Assembly (NCBI GenBank): GCA_017464565.1
Contig: JAFTZH010000008.1
Span: forward strand, 441 to 64,440
Length of the DNA: 64,000 bases
Direction of reading: 5' to 3'
DNA from: Clostridia bacterium
GTDB taxonomy: Bacteria > Bacillota > Clostridia > Oscillospirales > CAG-272
The position numbers and the translations under genes are program-made. The notes beneath the pieces were generated by a model. That model ran no database searches. It was not told the origin of the DNA and was given only the letters and a program-made list of their open reading frames with translations. Below are positions 1 through 8,990 of the stretch, piece after piece (the stretch's first letter is position 1; each line of letters starts with the position of its first letter).

Positions 1-1
1 G

Positions 2-520
2 GTCTGAAATATCAGTGCTATCGGTTCTGCGGTAATAGGTCTTACGGCCTTCTTTTTCTGCCTCGACGAGTCCTTCCTCGCAATACTCTTTCAGCTTTTT
101 GCGAACCGTGGACTCGTCGAACATCATAGGATTTTCAAATCCCGACAAATATTTCTCATCGAGTTCCTGAAGAATCTCGGCAACGGTACGCTTAACGGAT
201 GGTTCGTGGAGAATGTCAAAAATGATGAAGTGCAGCGTTACGTCCCCGTCGGTAAAGCTCTTTGCCTTCCAAGCTTTGTATAAGGGATTGTGCCCGATCG
301 TACGGCTGTCAATCGAAATAAAAACGTTCTTACCCTCGGGAGTACGGACGAAGCTCATATGGTCGCCGAGCCAGCTTTCGATTCTCCGCCGCTCGTCATC
401 GTATGACCGCGCGCTCTTCGTCCGATAATCGCCGCGGCTTTTAAATCCGTAAACGTAGAAGTCGCGCATATACGCTCTGATTTTTTCAAAGTTTTTTATA
501 AGCTCGCTGTACGACGACAT
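2..520 (-). CDS. Partial CDS (N-terminal ~173 aa, continues past the window start): putative winged-helix transcriptional regulator
   Basis: Absent from the ORF track because it runs off the edge. Reverse-strand ATG at 520..518, open to position 2. Translation MSSYSELIKNFEKIRAYMRDFYVYGFKSRGDY...STVRKKLKEYCEEGLVEAEKEGRKTYYRRT, which looks like HTH plus wing. Family assigned from memory only. Confidence 0.45.
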   Translation of the reverse strand, partial: MSSYSELIKNFEKIRAYMRDFYVYGFKSRGDYRTKSARSYDDERRRIESWLGDHMSFVRTPEGKNVFISIDSRTIGHNPLYKAWKAKSFTDGDVTLHFIIFDILHEPSVKRTVAEILQELDEKYLSGFENPMMFDESTVRKKLKEYCEEGLVEAEKEGRKTYYRRTDSTDISD

Positions 521-733
521 ATTTCACTCCCCTTTCCGCATATCTTTCAGATCGTTTTTGCTACATCTTATATATACTACTATTTTACTGATTTGTCAAT
601 AACTTTTCGGCGGATTTTAAAAACCAAGCCGGCGCAAGATATCCTTTGCCGCTTTTTACGCTTTGAAAAGCTTTTATGAATTGTCAATTATCATAAGTGT
701 TTTGTGCATTGTGTAGAAAAAGTCAAACTTATA

Positions 734-762
734 TTGACTTTGTAATCGTGTTTTGTTATAAT
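734..762 (+). promoter_or_regulatory. Sigma-70-type promoter for the LamG surface protein gene
   Basis: TTGACT (734-739), a 17-nt spacer, then TATAAT (757-762), about 70 nt upstream of the ATG at 833. Confidence 0.6.
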
Positions 763-832
763 CTTAAGTGAATAAAGCAATTTGTACAATTTATTTTGTA
801 AATTGCTAAATTATTTTATATGAGGTGAAGAA

Positions 833-1942
833 ATGACTAAGAAAATTTTGTGTTTGGCATTGGTTGCGCTTATGCTTATCGCGGGCGGAATTTCTGCAAT
901 GGCAAACAACACGACGACCGATATCAACGATAATCTGGTATCTTACTGGAACTTTGAAGGTTCTAACGAAACCGAGATGCTCAGCGACAAATCCACCAAG
1001 GGTCAGTCGGCTGATAATCTTACGAAGGTTGGCAGCGATGTAACGTTTACGGACGGAGTTGCTTATATTCCCAGCACTCCTCTCAACTATCTGCAGGCTA
1101 CTTCGGGAAATCCGGACCTCAAAGACGTATCTTCTATGACCGTCTTTATGAAGACTAAATACGTAGGCTCAAACACAGATTTTGCCGATTTGTTCTCATA
1201 TCAGGGACTTTACCGCATATACAAGAAGGCTGACTCCGCCTCTTCTGCCGGTGCTGTATTTGAGGCTTCCGCGTTCGCTACGAAAAATATCAGCGGTATT
1301 ACCGGGGTTGACTCTAAAGCGGTAAGAGCAAGACCGATAAACGCCGGTGCCGAAGCAATCCAGGCTGACCAGTGGTTCTACATAGCTCTTTCTATGGAAA
1401 TCACTGCCGAGAATAAAGGTGTCGCTACCCTTTACCTTTCTACCGACAGTATGACCTACGCTAAATATGTAGCTGAAATAACCTTCACGGACGCGCTTCT
1501 TGAAAATTTGGCAACGAGACAGGCAGTCCCCACGACGGTTAACGAAACCAACAGCGTAACCATCGGAAAGATCAGCGTTGATACTGATATTCCCGACAGA
1601 GGAGTAGGCTTCTACTACGACGACATTCGTATTTACAACACTGTACTTGACGAAATGGATCTCGCTCGCATAATTCCCAACTCGCTGGAACTCAGAAGCG
1701 AATCCGAGATAACTACCGTAGCAACCACCACTCAGGCTACTACCACCGCGGCATCTACTACCACGGCCGCAACGACCAAGGCTACCACCACTGCCGCTAC
1801 TACTGCGGCTGCTACAACGACCGCGGCTGAAACCACCGCCGAGGAGAGCGAAGGATGCGGAGGAGTTATTGCGGCTCCCGTATTCGCACTGGTTGCGGGC
1901 GCGTGCGCTACTTGCTGTGTCGTAAAACGCAAAAGGAAATAA
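833..1942 (+). CDS. Secreted LamG/concanavalin-A-like lectin domain protein with a Thr/Ala-rich linker and a C-terminal hydrophobic anchor
   Basis: RBS GAGGTGAAG precedes the ATG. Signal peptide MTKKILCLALVALMLIAGGISAMA. LamG-like signature LVSYWNFEGSN...MTVFMKTKY...WFYIALSM...IRIYNTVL. Linker TTVATTTQATTTAASTTTAATTKATTTAATTAAATTTAAETTA. Tail GCGGVIAAPVFALVAGACATCCVVKRKRK. Confidence 0.75.
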   Translation: MTKKILCLALVALMLIAGGISAMANNTTTDINDNLVSYWNFEGSNETEMLSDKSTKGQSADNLTKVGSDVTFTDGVAYIPSTPLNYLQATSGNPDLKDVSSMTVFMKTKYVGSNTDFADLFSYQGLYRIYKKADSASSAGAVFEASAFATKNISGITGVDSKAVRARPINAGAEAIQADQWFYIALSMEITAENKGVATLYLSTDSMTYAKYVAEITFTDALLENLATRQAVPTTVNETNSVTIGKISVDTDIPDRGVGFYYDDIRIYNTVLDEMDLARIIPNSLELRSESEITTVATTTQATTTAASTTTAATTKATTTAATTAAATTTAAETTAEESEGCGGVIAAPVFALVAGACATCCVVKRKRK

Positions 1943-2056
1943 TAGCTTCAAGCGAAGCTTTCGGTAACTAAATGAATACTTGCCGAGCCAACACCAACGT
2001 GTCTTGGCTCGGCATTTCTATTTGGAAAAACCTAAATATTTATACGGAGGTAAATA

Positions 2057-4531
2057 ATGAAAAAGCATTTTACGATTAGGAGTATAATTGCGTTCATATT
2101 GCTGTTCTCTACTCTTATCGTTTCTTCCTGTGCCGGAAATAAAACCGACGGTCCCGAAAACACCGACGGGACTACGGCAAATACTGAAGGAACGACGGCA
2201 ACTACGACGAAAAAGGAGGACCCCGAGGTGGATCCCGATTACGGCTTTGCGAATTTAATAGAGGAGCTGAAACCGATAGCGGCTTGGAACTGCGAGGCGG
2301 TTGAAGGAAAAGACGGCGTTACGAAGGACGCCGTTTCGGGAGCCGAAGCAACTCTCGTCAAAAGCGAGATAGTAAACGGATATTCGGGCTGCGGAGTAAA
2401 AACGCTTGCCGTCTCCGGAGGCTATATGGATCTCGGAACGGGATTTTTCAAGGATACGCTTAACGAAAAAAGCGCGATTACGATAAGTATGTGGGTAATG
2501 CCCTACGTAAACTATAACTCTACCAATTACCGTCTCGTTTCCTTCCCGATAGACGAGGGCAAGGGCGGAGTACATATACATTATCAAAGCACCGGAATAA
2601 AGATTGGCGGAAGAAGCGAAGCGTCTGACAGCTTCCGCTCGCAAACGTACGAGTATACGCTCGCCAATACCGAGCTTGGAACGCTTGCCTCTCACAGCAA
2701 CGAAGGACAATGGCAGCATATAGCCTGTACCATTGACTTTGCGAATAAAAAGATAACCCTCTACGTAAACGGTATTATGCAAACCTCTTCAGAGACTGCC
2801 GCTTTCAGCGCAAGCGTATATAAAATGGGAACTCCGACGGACGTGGACGCCTTCGGAGGCGCGCCCGCTGAAAACGTTTACAGCTTTAACGGAATAATGG
2901 ATAACATCTTCGTTTTTGACAGAGCGCTTAAGACGTCAGAGGTAAGAGAATTGAGAAACCAAAGCGGAGACAAGACTTCCCCGATAGTCGATCAGCTTCT
3001 CTTAAACGATATAATTACCCGTATGGGTAAAGAGCCGTCATTCTACGAGGGATGTACCAACGCCTTATACGACGGAATGGTGGTTCCGCTTGACGAGAGC
3101 GATTTCAGCGCCGCTTGCGTAAAGCATAACGGAGAGCTTTTAATTCCCGCGGCTTCCGCGGCAAAGTATTTTACCGTCGTTGACGGCGTACCGAAGGTAC
3201 AGCTTGACGGAAAAGAATATCAGTCGTTGAAAAAGCTTTGCGAAGCCAATCAAAAGGGATATTTGGAATACGAAAAAATGGCAGTCGTAATGCCAAGCTC
3301 CGACACCTTTACCGTTGAATCCGATAAACAAATGCTTGACAGAATGGTAAAATTCTTCGGAGAGCCTGCCGCAACCACTCCATTTACTTCCACTGAACTT
3401 ACGCGAACCGTCGTCGTTAAAAAGGGAGATGTGTTCAGCTCGTCTGACCTCAATATTACGATAAGCGGATCCGCGTCAGCGTCTCCGAGCATAGTGAAAA
3501 TAGGAGACACAATATACACCTCGGTAGACTACGGAGCCGTAAACACGCTCGTATTCGCAAGCAAGGACGGCGGAAAGACCTATGAATTCGTATCAATAAA
3601 ATACAATTTAAAATTCTCCACTCTGGTTGAGGTGGACGGCGATCTCTATCTCGTCGGAGTTGACGTTGACGGAGCTACGGGCCGCTACGCGGGAATAGCG
3701 CGCAGTACCGACGGCGGAAAGACCTGGAGCAATACCACCAGACTTCCCAACAACGCCGATGGATACGCGGCGCACGGCAGCTCAAATTCCGTTCTTATAG
3801 CCAACGGCAGAATTTATAAGGCGTACGCGGGGCAAGGAATAAACGGCTTGTCCTTCTCGTGGAAAAAGGGCTGTTCGATATTCGTAGAGAGCGCTCCGAT
3901 AGACTCGGATCTTCTTGACGCTTCAAACTGGACCGTATCCTCAACCGTAAAATTTGACACAAACGTATTTCTGGCGCATCAGAACACCTCTAAAACCCCG
4001 ACTTACGTTTACGCGCAGGAACCGAACGTCGTTTTGGCAAAGGACGGCTCGGTTTGGGTTATGGCGCGAATAGATTCCAATCCCATTCCGGGCTACAGTC
4101 TCAGGCTCCGGCTTTCCGAGGACTGCAAGACCTTAACTTACGACAAGAACTCGAAAGACTCTATAATAAGCTTTGACGGCGGAATTACGAAATACACCGT
4201 AAGATACGACAGCGCTACCGGAAAATATCTCGCGCTCGTAAATAACACTCTCGACGAGAGAAGCTCTTATCAAAGGAACGTGCTCTCTCTTGCGGTTTCC
4301 GACGATATGATAAATTGGACGATAAAAGCTACCCTGCTCGTAGATCGTTCTATAATGAACGATTACATATCTATCACGAGACACGCCTTCCAGAATGCCG
4401 ACTGGGTAATTGACGGCGATGATATCATAATTGCTATCAGAGAAGCTATGGGAGACAGCGAAAATTATCATAACGCCAATTATCATACTACGTACAGGTT
4501 CAGCAACTATAAAGAATACGTAAACGGCTAA
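2057..4531 (+). CDS. Lipoprotein with an N-terminal LamG-like jelly-roll domain and a C-terminal BNR/Asp-box beta-propeller (sialidase-fold glycoside-hydrolase-like)
   Basis: RBS GGAGG. Lipobox LIVSSC. LamG motifs IAAWNCEAVEGKDG...ITISMWVMP...WQHIACTIDFANKKITLYVNG...IFVFDRAL. Asp-boxes SKDGGKTY and STDGGKTW. No clear FRIP motif seen. Confidence 0.7.
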   Translation: MKKHFTIRSIIAFILLFSTLIVSSCAGNKTDGPENTDGTTANTEGTTATTTKKEDPEVDPDYGFANLIEELKPIAAWNCEAVEGKDGVTKDAVSGAEATLVKSEIVNGYSGCGVKTLAVSGGYMDLGTGFFKDTLNEKSAITISMWVMPYVNYNSTNYRLVSFPIDEGKGGVHIHYQSTGIKIGGRSEASDSFRSQTYEYTLANTELGTLASHSNEGQWQHIACTIDFANKKITLYVNGIMQTSSETAAFSASVYKMGTPTDVDAFGGAPAENVYSFNGIMDNIFVFDRALKTSEVRELRNQSGDKTSPIVDQLLLNDIITRMGKEPSFYEGCTNALYDGMVVPLDESDFSAACVKHNGELLIPAASAAKYFTVVDGVPKVQLDGKEYQSLKKLCEANQKGYLEYEKMAVVMPSSDTFTVESDKQMLDRMVKFFGEPAATTPFTSTELTRTVVVKKGDVFSSSDLNITISGSASASPSIVKIGDTIYTSVDYGAVNTLVFASKDGGKTYEFVSIKYNLKFSTLVEVDGDLYLVGVDVDGATGRYAGIARSTDGGKTWSNTTRLPNNADGYAAHGSSNSVLIANGRIYKAYAGQGINGLSFSWKKGCSIFVESAPIDSDLLDASNWTVSSTVKFDTNVFLAHQNTSKTPTYVYAQEPNVVLAKDGSVWVMARIDSNPIPGYSLRLRLSEDCKTLTYDKNSKDSIISFDGGITKYTVRYDSATGKYLALVNNTLDERSSYQRNVLSLAVSDDMINWTIKATLLVDRSIMNDYISITRHAFQNADWVIDGDDIIIAIREAMGDSENYHNANYHTTYRFSNYKEYVNG

Positions 4532-4557
4532 AAAATATTTACGTATTTTTGATTAAT

Positions 4558-4596
4558 ACAGCCGGCGTCCCGCGGGACGCCGGCTGTGTTTTTTAT
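4558..4596 (+). terminator. Rho-independent terminator after the LamG-BNR gene
   Basis: Perfect GC-rich hairpin CAGCCGGCGTCCCGCGGGACGCCGGCTG followed by a T-run. Confidence 0.85.
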
Positions 4597-4745
4597 TTGA
4601 ATTATTATATACCCTCGTTCAGACGTTCTACGTTAACCGATTTTGAATAAAGAGCGCAAATCGTTATAGATTTTTTCATTTTAATATGTTATAATAAGAT
4701 AAGCGCAAAATTTCAATACAAAAAAGTCACACGGAGGCTGAAAAT

Positions 4746-5873
4746 ATGATAATAGCCGTTCTGTTCAATTCAGATCACCCCTCACTCGACTCTTATTACG
4801 GCTTGCCGATAAAACAAAAAATATTCAAATCCAAAATACTGCAAAAGTCAAACAGACATTTAAAAATCGGCTCGGGCGATTTGACCTTTCTCAATCACGC
4901 CAAAACCGCCGAAGAATTAATATATTTATACGAAAACACGCTGTTGAATTCTCAATCAAAGCGGCTGGATAAAAGAAAAGTAACCGATTGTATGTTTAAT
5001 TCAACGATTTTTGCCTGGGTCATCCAAAACGTTACCGAGGAGATAACCGAGAAACTGCACGATTATCTGCGGGACTTCCCTTCTTATCTCGGTATACTTG
5101 AGGTCGATTTTTCTTACAAATTTCATTTGGTGTTTTTCCGAAATTATATCGGTGAGGAATACAGAGTCATAGGAGATTCCATATGGCTTTTGTGCCCTAT
5201 GACAGAAATTGAGGAGTACGGCACGGGAGAGCTTGACGAACTGAAAGCTTTAGGCTTTTCAAAAGCGAATTTTGAGGACAGCGGCGCGCGTCTGACGATA
5301 TTCGACGACTACGATACCGAAGAGCATTTTAAGCAAGTTGACGCTTTTATCAAACAAACCTCCCCGTATTTTGAAAATGGGAAATACGATGCTTTTGAGC
5401 TGTCTATGATTTTGAGCGATACCAATCCCAAGCTCTTCAATACCTTAGGCGCCGCCGTCAGAGCGGCGAAGTACGCTCAAAACGAGGAGGACGTGGCTCA
5501 GCTCGCGCTGTCGGGCAGACGCTATCTGGAGCAGCTGGCAGACGTGTTGTTTGAGCCGTCCGACGAAAAACATAACGGGCGCAGCGTCAGAAAAGCAGAG
5601 TACAAAAATCGAATTTGGGCGTATATAGAAACGAGTGTAAAAGAAAGCGGAGACGAGCTTGAAAAAATCGAAGCTATGGGCAAGGAAACCGACAGGCTTA
5701 TTGATTTATTCAATTCAGCGATACACGGCGAGCGGAGCAAGGAAACGATACTAAAAGGCTTTGCGGACCTTGCAAAGCTAAGCTTGCTTTTGCTTTCCTT
5801 ACAGCCAATCTACTCAAAAGATCCTTATTCTGCCTACCGAAAAAAATTTGAAGAATTTATTTTAAGTCTATAA
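4746..5873 (+). CDS. Hypothetical protein, no recognisable family (AT-rich orphan)
   Basis: 375-aa ORF with RBS GGAGG about 8 nt upstream of the ATG. Bounded by terminators on both sides. Visibly more AT-rich than its neighbours. No motif I can assign with confidence. Confidence 0.6.
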   Translation: MIIAVLFNSDHPSLDSYYGLPIKQKIFKSKILQKSNRHLKIGSGDLTFLNHAKTAEELIYLYENTLLNSQSKRLDKRKVTDCMFNSTIFAWVIQNVTEEITEKLHDYLRDFPSYLGILEVDFSYKFHLVFFRNYIGEEYRVIGDSIWLLCPMTEIEEYGTGELDELKALGFSKANFEDSGARLTIFDDYDTEEHFKQVDAFIKQTSPYFENGKYDAFELSMILSDTNPKLFNTLGAAVRAAKYAQNEEDVAQLALSGRRYLEQLADVLFEPSDEKHNGRSVRKAEYKNRIWAYIETSVKESGDELEKIEAMGKETDRLIDLFNSAIHGERSKETILKGFADLAKLSLLLLSLQPIYSKDPYSAYRKKFEEFILSL

Positions 5874-5878
5874 ACGGT

Positions 5879-5914
5879 AAAAGCGTCGGGGTTATTTTTA
5901 ACCCCGACGCTTTT
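5879..5914. terminator. Bidirectional terminator between the orphan gene and the convergent flavoprotein gene
   Basis: AAAAGCGTCGGGG-TTATTTTTA-ACCCCGACGCTTTT, with an A-run and a T-run flanking the stem. Confidence 0.8.
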
Positions 5915-7425
5915 TATATCTCCCCAAGCCTTTCGGCATACGGCTTTCTTTGAGAAAATAAACGCCGTCCCTCTCTTGCCTCTGTCTTTGCGATAGTCTC
6001 GGCGGCTCGCTTTCCCGCCTCGGCGGCAATAGGCAAACCGCCCGGCATCTGCTGCCACTGCGTAGCGAGCAGTACGTTAGACAGTCCCTTGACTCTGTTT
6101 CCGATTCTTACGGGCAGTCTCTTTGAGGGGAACACGAAGCTCATATAAGAGCCCGTTTCGGAACCCGTATAACGCTTATAGGTTGCGGGGGTCCAAACGT
6201 CAAGAAGCTCAAGTTTTCCCTTCATTTGCGGAAATTTCATAACGAGAATCCGCACAAGCGCGTCCGCAAGGCTGCGCTTTTTTCTCTCGTAGGCTTCCCT
6301 GTCCTTATCCCGAAGCTCAATAAATTTCCTTGCCTCGTCCTCATAACAAAAGGTGAGCGTCTGCAAGACCGTCTTTCCCCTCGGCGCAAAGGCTTCCTCG
6401 TGCGAAAACTCTCTGACTATCACTTGATTTATACGAAGCTCCGAACGGTATTTCCGCGGAACGTCAAATATAAAATCCCCTTTAAACGAGAGTGCGGAGG
6501 TATCGCAGGAGAGTGCGCATTGATAGCTTGAAAACCTATGCAAACGGGGATCCTTATATTGCTTTGCGAGCCTGCGCGGCATATCAGCGTCAAGCAGCTT
6601 TCCAAAAACTGCGGCCGGGTCGCAGGCAACGACGATATAATCTGCCTCAATCCTCGTATCGTCCGCAAAATCAACCGAGACCGCTTTGCCGTTAAGACGA
6701 TTTATTTTGACTGCCTCTTTTCCTAAAAGCAGCTCACCTCCGAGAGCTTTAAGGCGTGAGGACATACGCTCCGCCATCGCGCGCGAGCTTCCCTTGGGAA
6801 TCCCCCCGTTTTCTCCGCAAAATGCGGCAAAGACAGTAACGAGAGCCAGCGCGCCGAAATCCTCTCCCCAAAAGGCTCCGATAAATCTCCGAAGCAGAGG
6901 GTGAGAAAAACGCGAGGCAAGCTCGCTTACGGTAAGGGCGTAATATTTCGTAAGCATTGGAAGCGCGGACAGCTTTCCCGACAACGACAGCTTTTTATCG
7001 TGTTCCTCTCCCGCGATGCCGCACAGCCCCTGCATAGTCCTAACCGCGCGGATAAGCGACCTTATCTCGTCCTTATCCCTCGGAGACACCGCAAGCATAC
7101 TTTCTTCAAGCCTTTTTAGATTTTTGCAAAGAGACAGCGTCTCCCCGCGGTATTCGCAGGTATACAAAGTATCCCCCTGAAAAATATCAATTCCGCCGAG
7201 CGCGCCAAGCTCTTCCCACGTTTTATAGGTATCGCTCGATGGATTCGTTCCCGTCAGCCAATGAATACAGTTGTCTATATGATATTCTCCTCTTTGCCAT
7301 CCCGTAAGATTTCCGCCCGCCGCGCTGTGTCTTTCGCATACTACCGCGTGTTGTCCGCAAAGCTCGGAATATATCCCCGCCGACAATCCCGCGACACCTC
7401 CTCCGATAATCAAAACCTTTGCCAT
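5914..7425 (-). CDS. NAD(P)/FAD-dependent oxidoreductase, phytoene desaturase (CrtI-like) family
   Basis: N-terminal Rossmann motif MAKVLIIGGGVAGLSAGIY...ERHSAAGG. Length of ~500 aa is typical of the CrtI/amine-oxidase fold. Confidence 0.75.
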   Translation of the reverse strand: MAKVLIIGGGVAGLSAGIYSELCGQHAVVCERHSAAGGNLTGWQRGEYHIDNCIHWLTGTNPSSDTYKTWEELGALGGIDIFQGDTLYTCEYRGETLSLCKNLKRLEESMLAVSPRDKDEIRSLIRAVRTMQGLCGIAGEEHDKKLSLSGKLSALPMLTKYYALTVSELASRFSHPLLRRFIGAFWGEDFGALALVTVFAAFCGENGGIPKGSSRAMAERMSSRLKALGGELLLGKEAVKINRLNGKAVSVDFADDTRIEADYIVVACDPAAVFGKLLDADMPRRLAKQYKDPRLHRFSSYQCALSCDTSALSFKGDFIFDVPRKYRSELRINQVIVREFSHEEAFAPRGKTVLQTLTFCYEDEARKFIELRDKDREAYERKKRSLADALVRILVMKFPQMKGKLELLDVWTPATYKRYTGSETGSYMSFVFPSKRLPVRIGNRVKGLSNVLLATQWQQMPGGLPIAAEAGKRAAETIAKTEAREGRRLFSQRKPYAERLGEI

Positions 7426-7595
7426 ACAAAATCCTTTCGTTAGTAATTTCCACTATCTATTATTTCCCGTTTTTCCAAAGATATTTTATTTTAAAGTAAA
7501 TTGGGCTTTTTCCAAGTATGCGCATACCCCGTGTTTTTTATTTTTATTTAAAAGTTATAAAAAACCCCTTAAATCCCCAAAAAGTCAAAAAATAC

Positions 7596-7624
7596 TTGCT
7601 TTTTTTAATATAATATGATATAAT
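7596..7624 (+). promoter_or_regulatory. Candidate sigma-70 promoter for the glycosyltransferase operon
   Basis: TTGCTT (7596-7601), a 17-nt spacer, then TATAAT (7619-7624), about 130 nt upstream of the ATG at 7758. Confidence 0.4.
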
Positions 7625-7757
7625 CAGTATTGCATTATGCCAAACTTATAGTATATACGAATAACCGCTATTCGTAAAATATTAACGTCAAAAGTAAGTT
7701 TTTCAAGCAGCCGAGACTCAACGGGTACGGCTAAACGTCTTTAAGGAGATATTATTA

Positions 7758-8990
7758 ATGAATAAGCTATATGAAAAATTCTCGCCGAAACGTCTGTTTT
7801 TCGCGCTCAGCACCTGCTTCGCGCTCGTTTCGGTAATATCGCTTCTCGTAACGCGCGGCTCCGTCATTTCCGACCTTGGCTTCGGAGGAGACGGATATAT
7901 GGACTTTTTTAATCATATTTCATACGTAAACGATCCCTCGCGCGTATATTTCGTCAGCGGCTCCGCTTGCTTCCCCCCTCTCGTATACCTGTTATATCTT
8001 CTTTTCAACAGAGTTATGCCCGAGGGCTCGGTCGTAATGTACGACGTGAACGTCTCGCCCACGGCTATGCTGCTCTATATCATATACGTCGCTCTCAGCT
8101 CGGTAATGTTCTTCTGCGCGGCAAACAATTTTCTCAAGCTCTCCTCAAAGGCTGAAAGATTTTTCACATTTGCGGCTATATTCCTTTCAAACGTTTTCAT
8201 TTTCGGAGTAATCGAACGCGGAAATTCGGCGTTCCTCGTACTCATCGCTCTCCTTTACGCATTCGCCTTCAAGGACAGCGAAAGCAAACTTAAGCGTGAG
8301 ATAGCCCTCATTCTTATCGCGGTAGCGGCGGGAATCAAGGTATATCCCGCAATATTCGGTCTTCTCTATCTGCGTGAAAAGAGATGGAAGGAAGCCGGAC
8401 GCCTTATCGTATACGGAATACTCTTCTTCTTTGTCCCGTTCGTATTTTTCGGCGGGTTTGAGGGAATGAAGCAGTTCTTCTACGTTCAGTCGCAGGTACA
8501 TTCCTACCCGGCAAACGAGATTTATTCTATACACGCGCTCTTCCGTTTCTTAACGGGTGCGTCCAAGGAGGCGGTCGGTGCGTCTATCGCCGTTCTCGCA
8601 GCGGGAATCATATTTATCTCCGCTTTCTTCCTCCTGCCCCTCAAAAAATGGCAGCAGTATTTCATTCTTACGTCAGCTATAATCCTTCTCCCTTTCTGGA
8701 GCGGATATTACACCGTGATATATCTCACGATTCCGCTTTTGGCTATGCTCAATGACTCGGAGCAAAAGGTCGAAAAGACGAAAACGGATATCGTATTCTC
8801 TTATATCGTTTACGCTTTGTTCGCCGTTATTTTCTCACTCACGATATTCTTTGAATTTTTCTCTGACAATATGCTGGAATTCGGACGCTTTATAGAATAC
8901 GAGGCTCTGTACGCACTGATATTCGTAGTATTGATTCTGGGTATCGTCGAGCTTGTAAGAGGTATAAAGAATGGAAAAAGAAAAGCGTAA
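7758..8990 (+). CDS. Polytopic membrane glycosyltransferase, GT-C fold (DUF2029/GT87-like)
   Basis: RBS AAGGAGA. About 10 or more predicted TM helices. First-loop acidic/aromatic motif GGDGYMDFFNHISY...ACFPPLVYLLY. GIKVYPAIFGLLYL segment is typical of GT87-type enzymes. Confidence 0.5.
   Translation: MNKLYEKFSPKRLFFALSTCFALVSVISLLVTRGSVISDLGFGGDGYMDFFNHISYVNDPSRVYFVSGSACFPPLVYLLYLLFNRVMPEGSVVMYDVNVSPTAMLLYIIYVALSSVMFFCAANNFLKLSSKAERFFTFAAIFLSNVFIFGVIERGNSAFLVLIALLYAFAFKDSESKLKREIALILIAVAAGIKVYPAIFGLLYLREKRWKEAGRLIVYGILFFFVPFVFFGGFEGMKQFFYVQSQVHSYPANEIYSIHALFRFLTGASKEAVGASIAVLAAGIIFISAFFLLPLKKWQQYFILTSAIILLPFWSGYYTVIYLTIPLLAMLNDSEQKVEKTKTDIVFSYIVYALFAVIFSLTIFFEFFSDNMLEFGRFIEYEALYALIFVVLILGIVELVRGIKNGKRKA

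Noticed and set aside
213-428. A 71-aa plus-strand ORF at the window start.
   Set aside because: It is antisense to the longer edge-truncated minus-strand ORF (2..520), which has a coherent regulator-like translation.
1196-1951. Minus-strand ORFs (251 aa and 66 aa) overlapping the LamG gene, including an Ala/Val-rich stretch.
   Set aside because: They are the antisense reading of the Thr/Ala-rich linker. The plus-strand gene has a promoter, RBS, signal peptide and domain signature.
5914-7425. The idea that the CrtI-like flavoprotein and the nearby glycosyltransferases form a carotenoid-glycoside pathway, as in staphyloxanthin synthesis.
   Set aside because: There is no phytoene or dehydrosqualene synthase (CrtM/CrtB) or acyltransferase in the window. 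The gene is on the opposite strand with its own terminator. CrtI-fold oxidoreductases are common outside carotenoid pathways.
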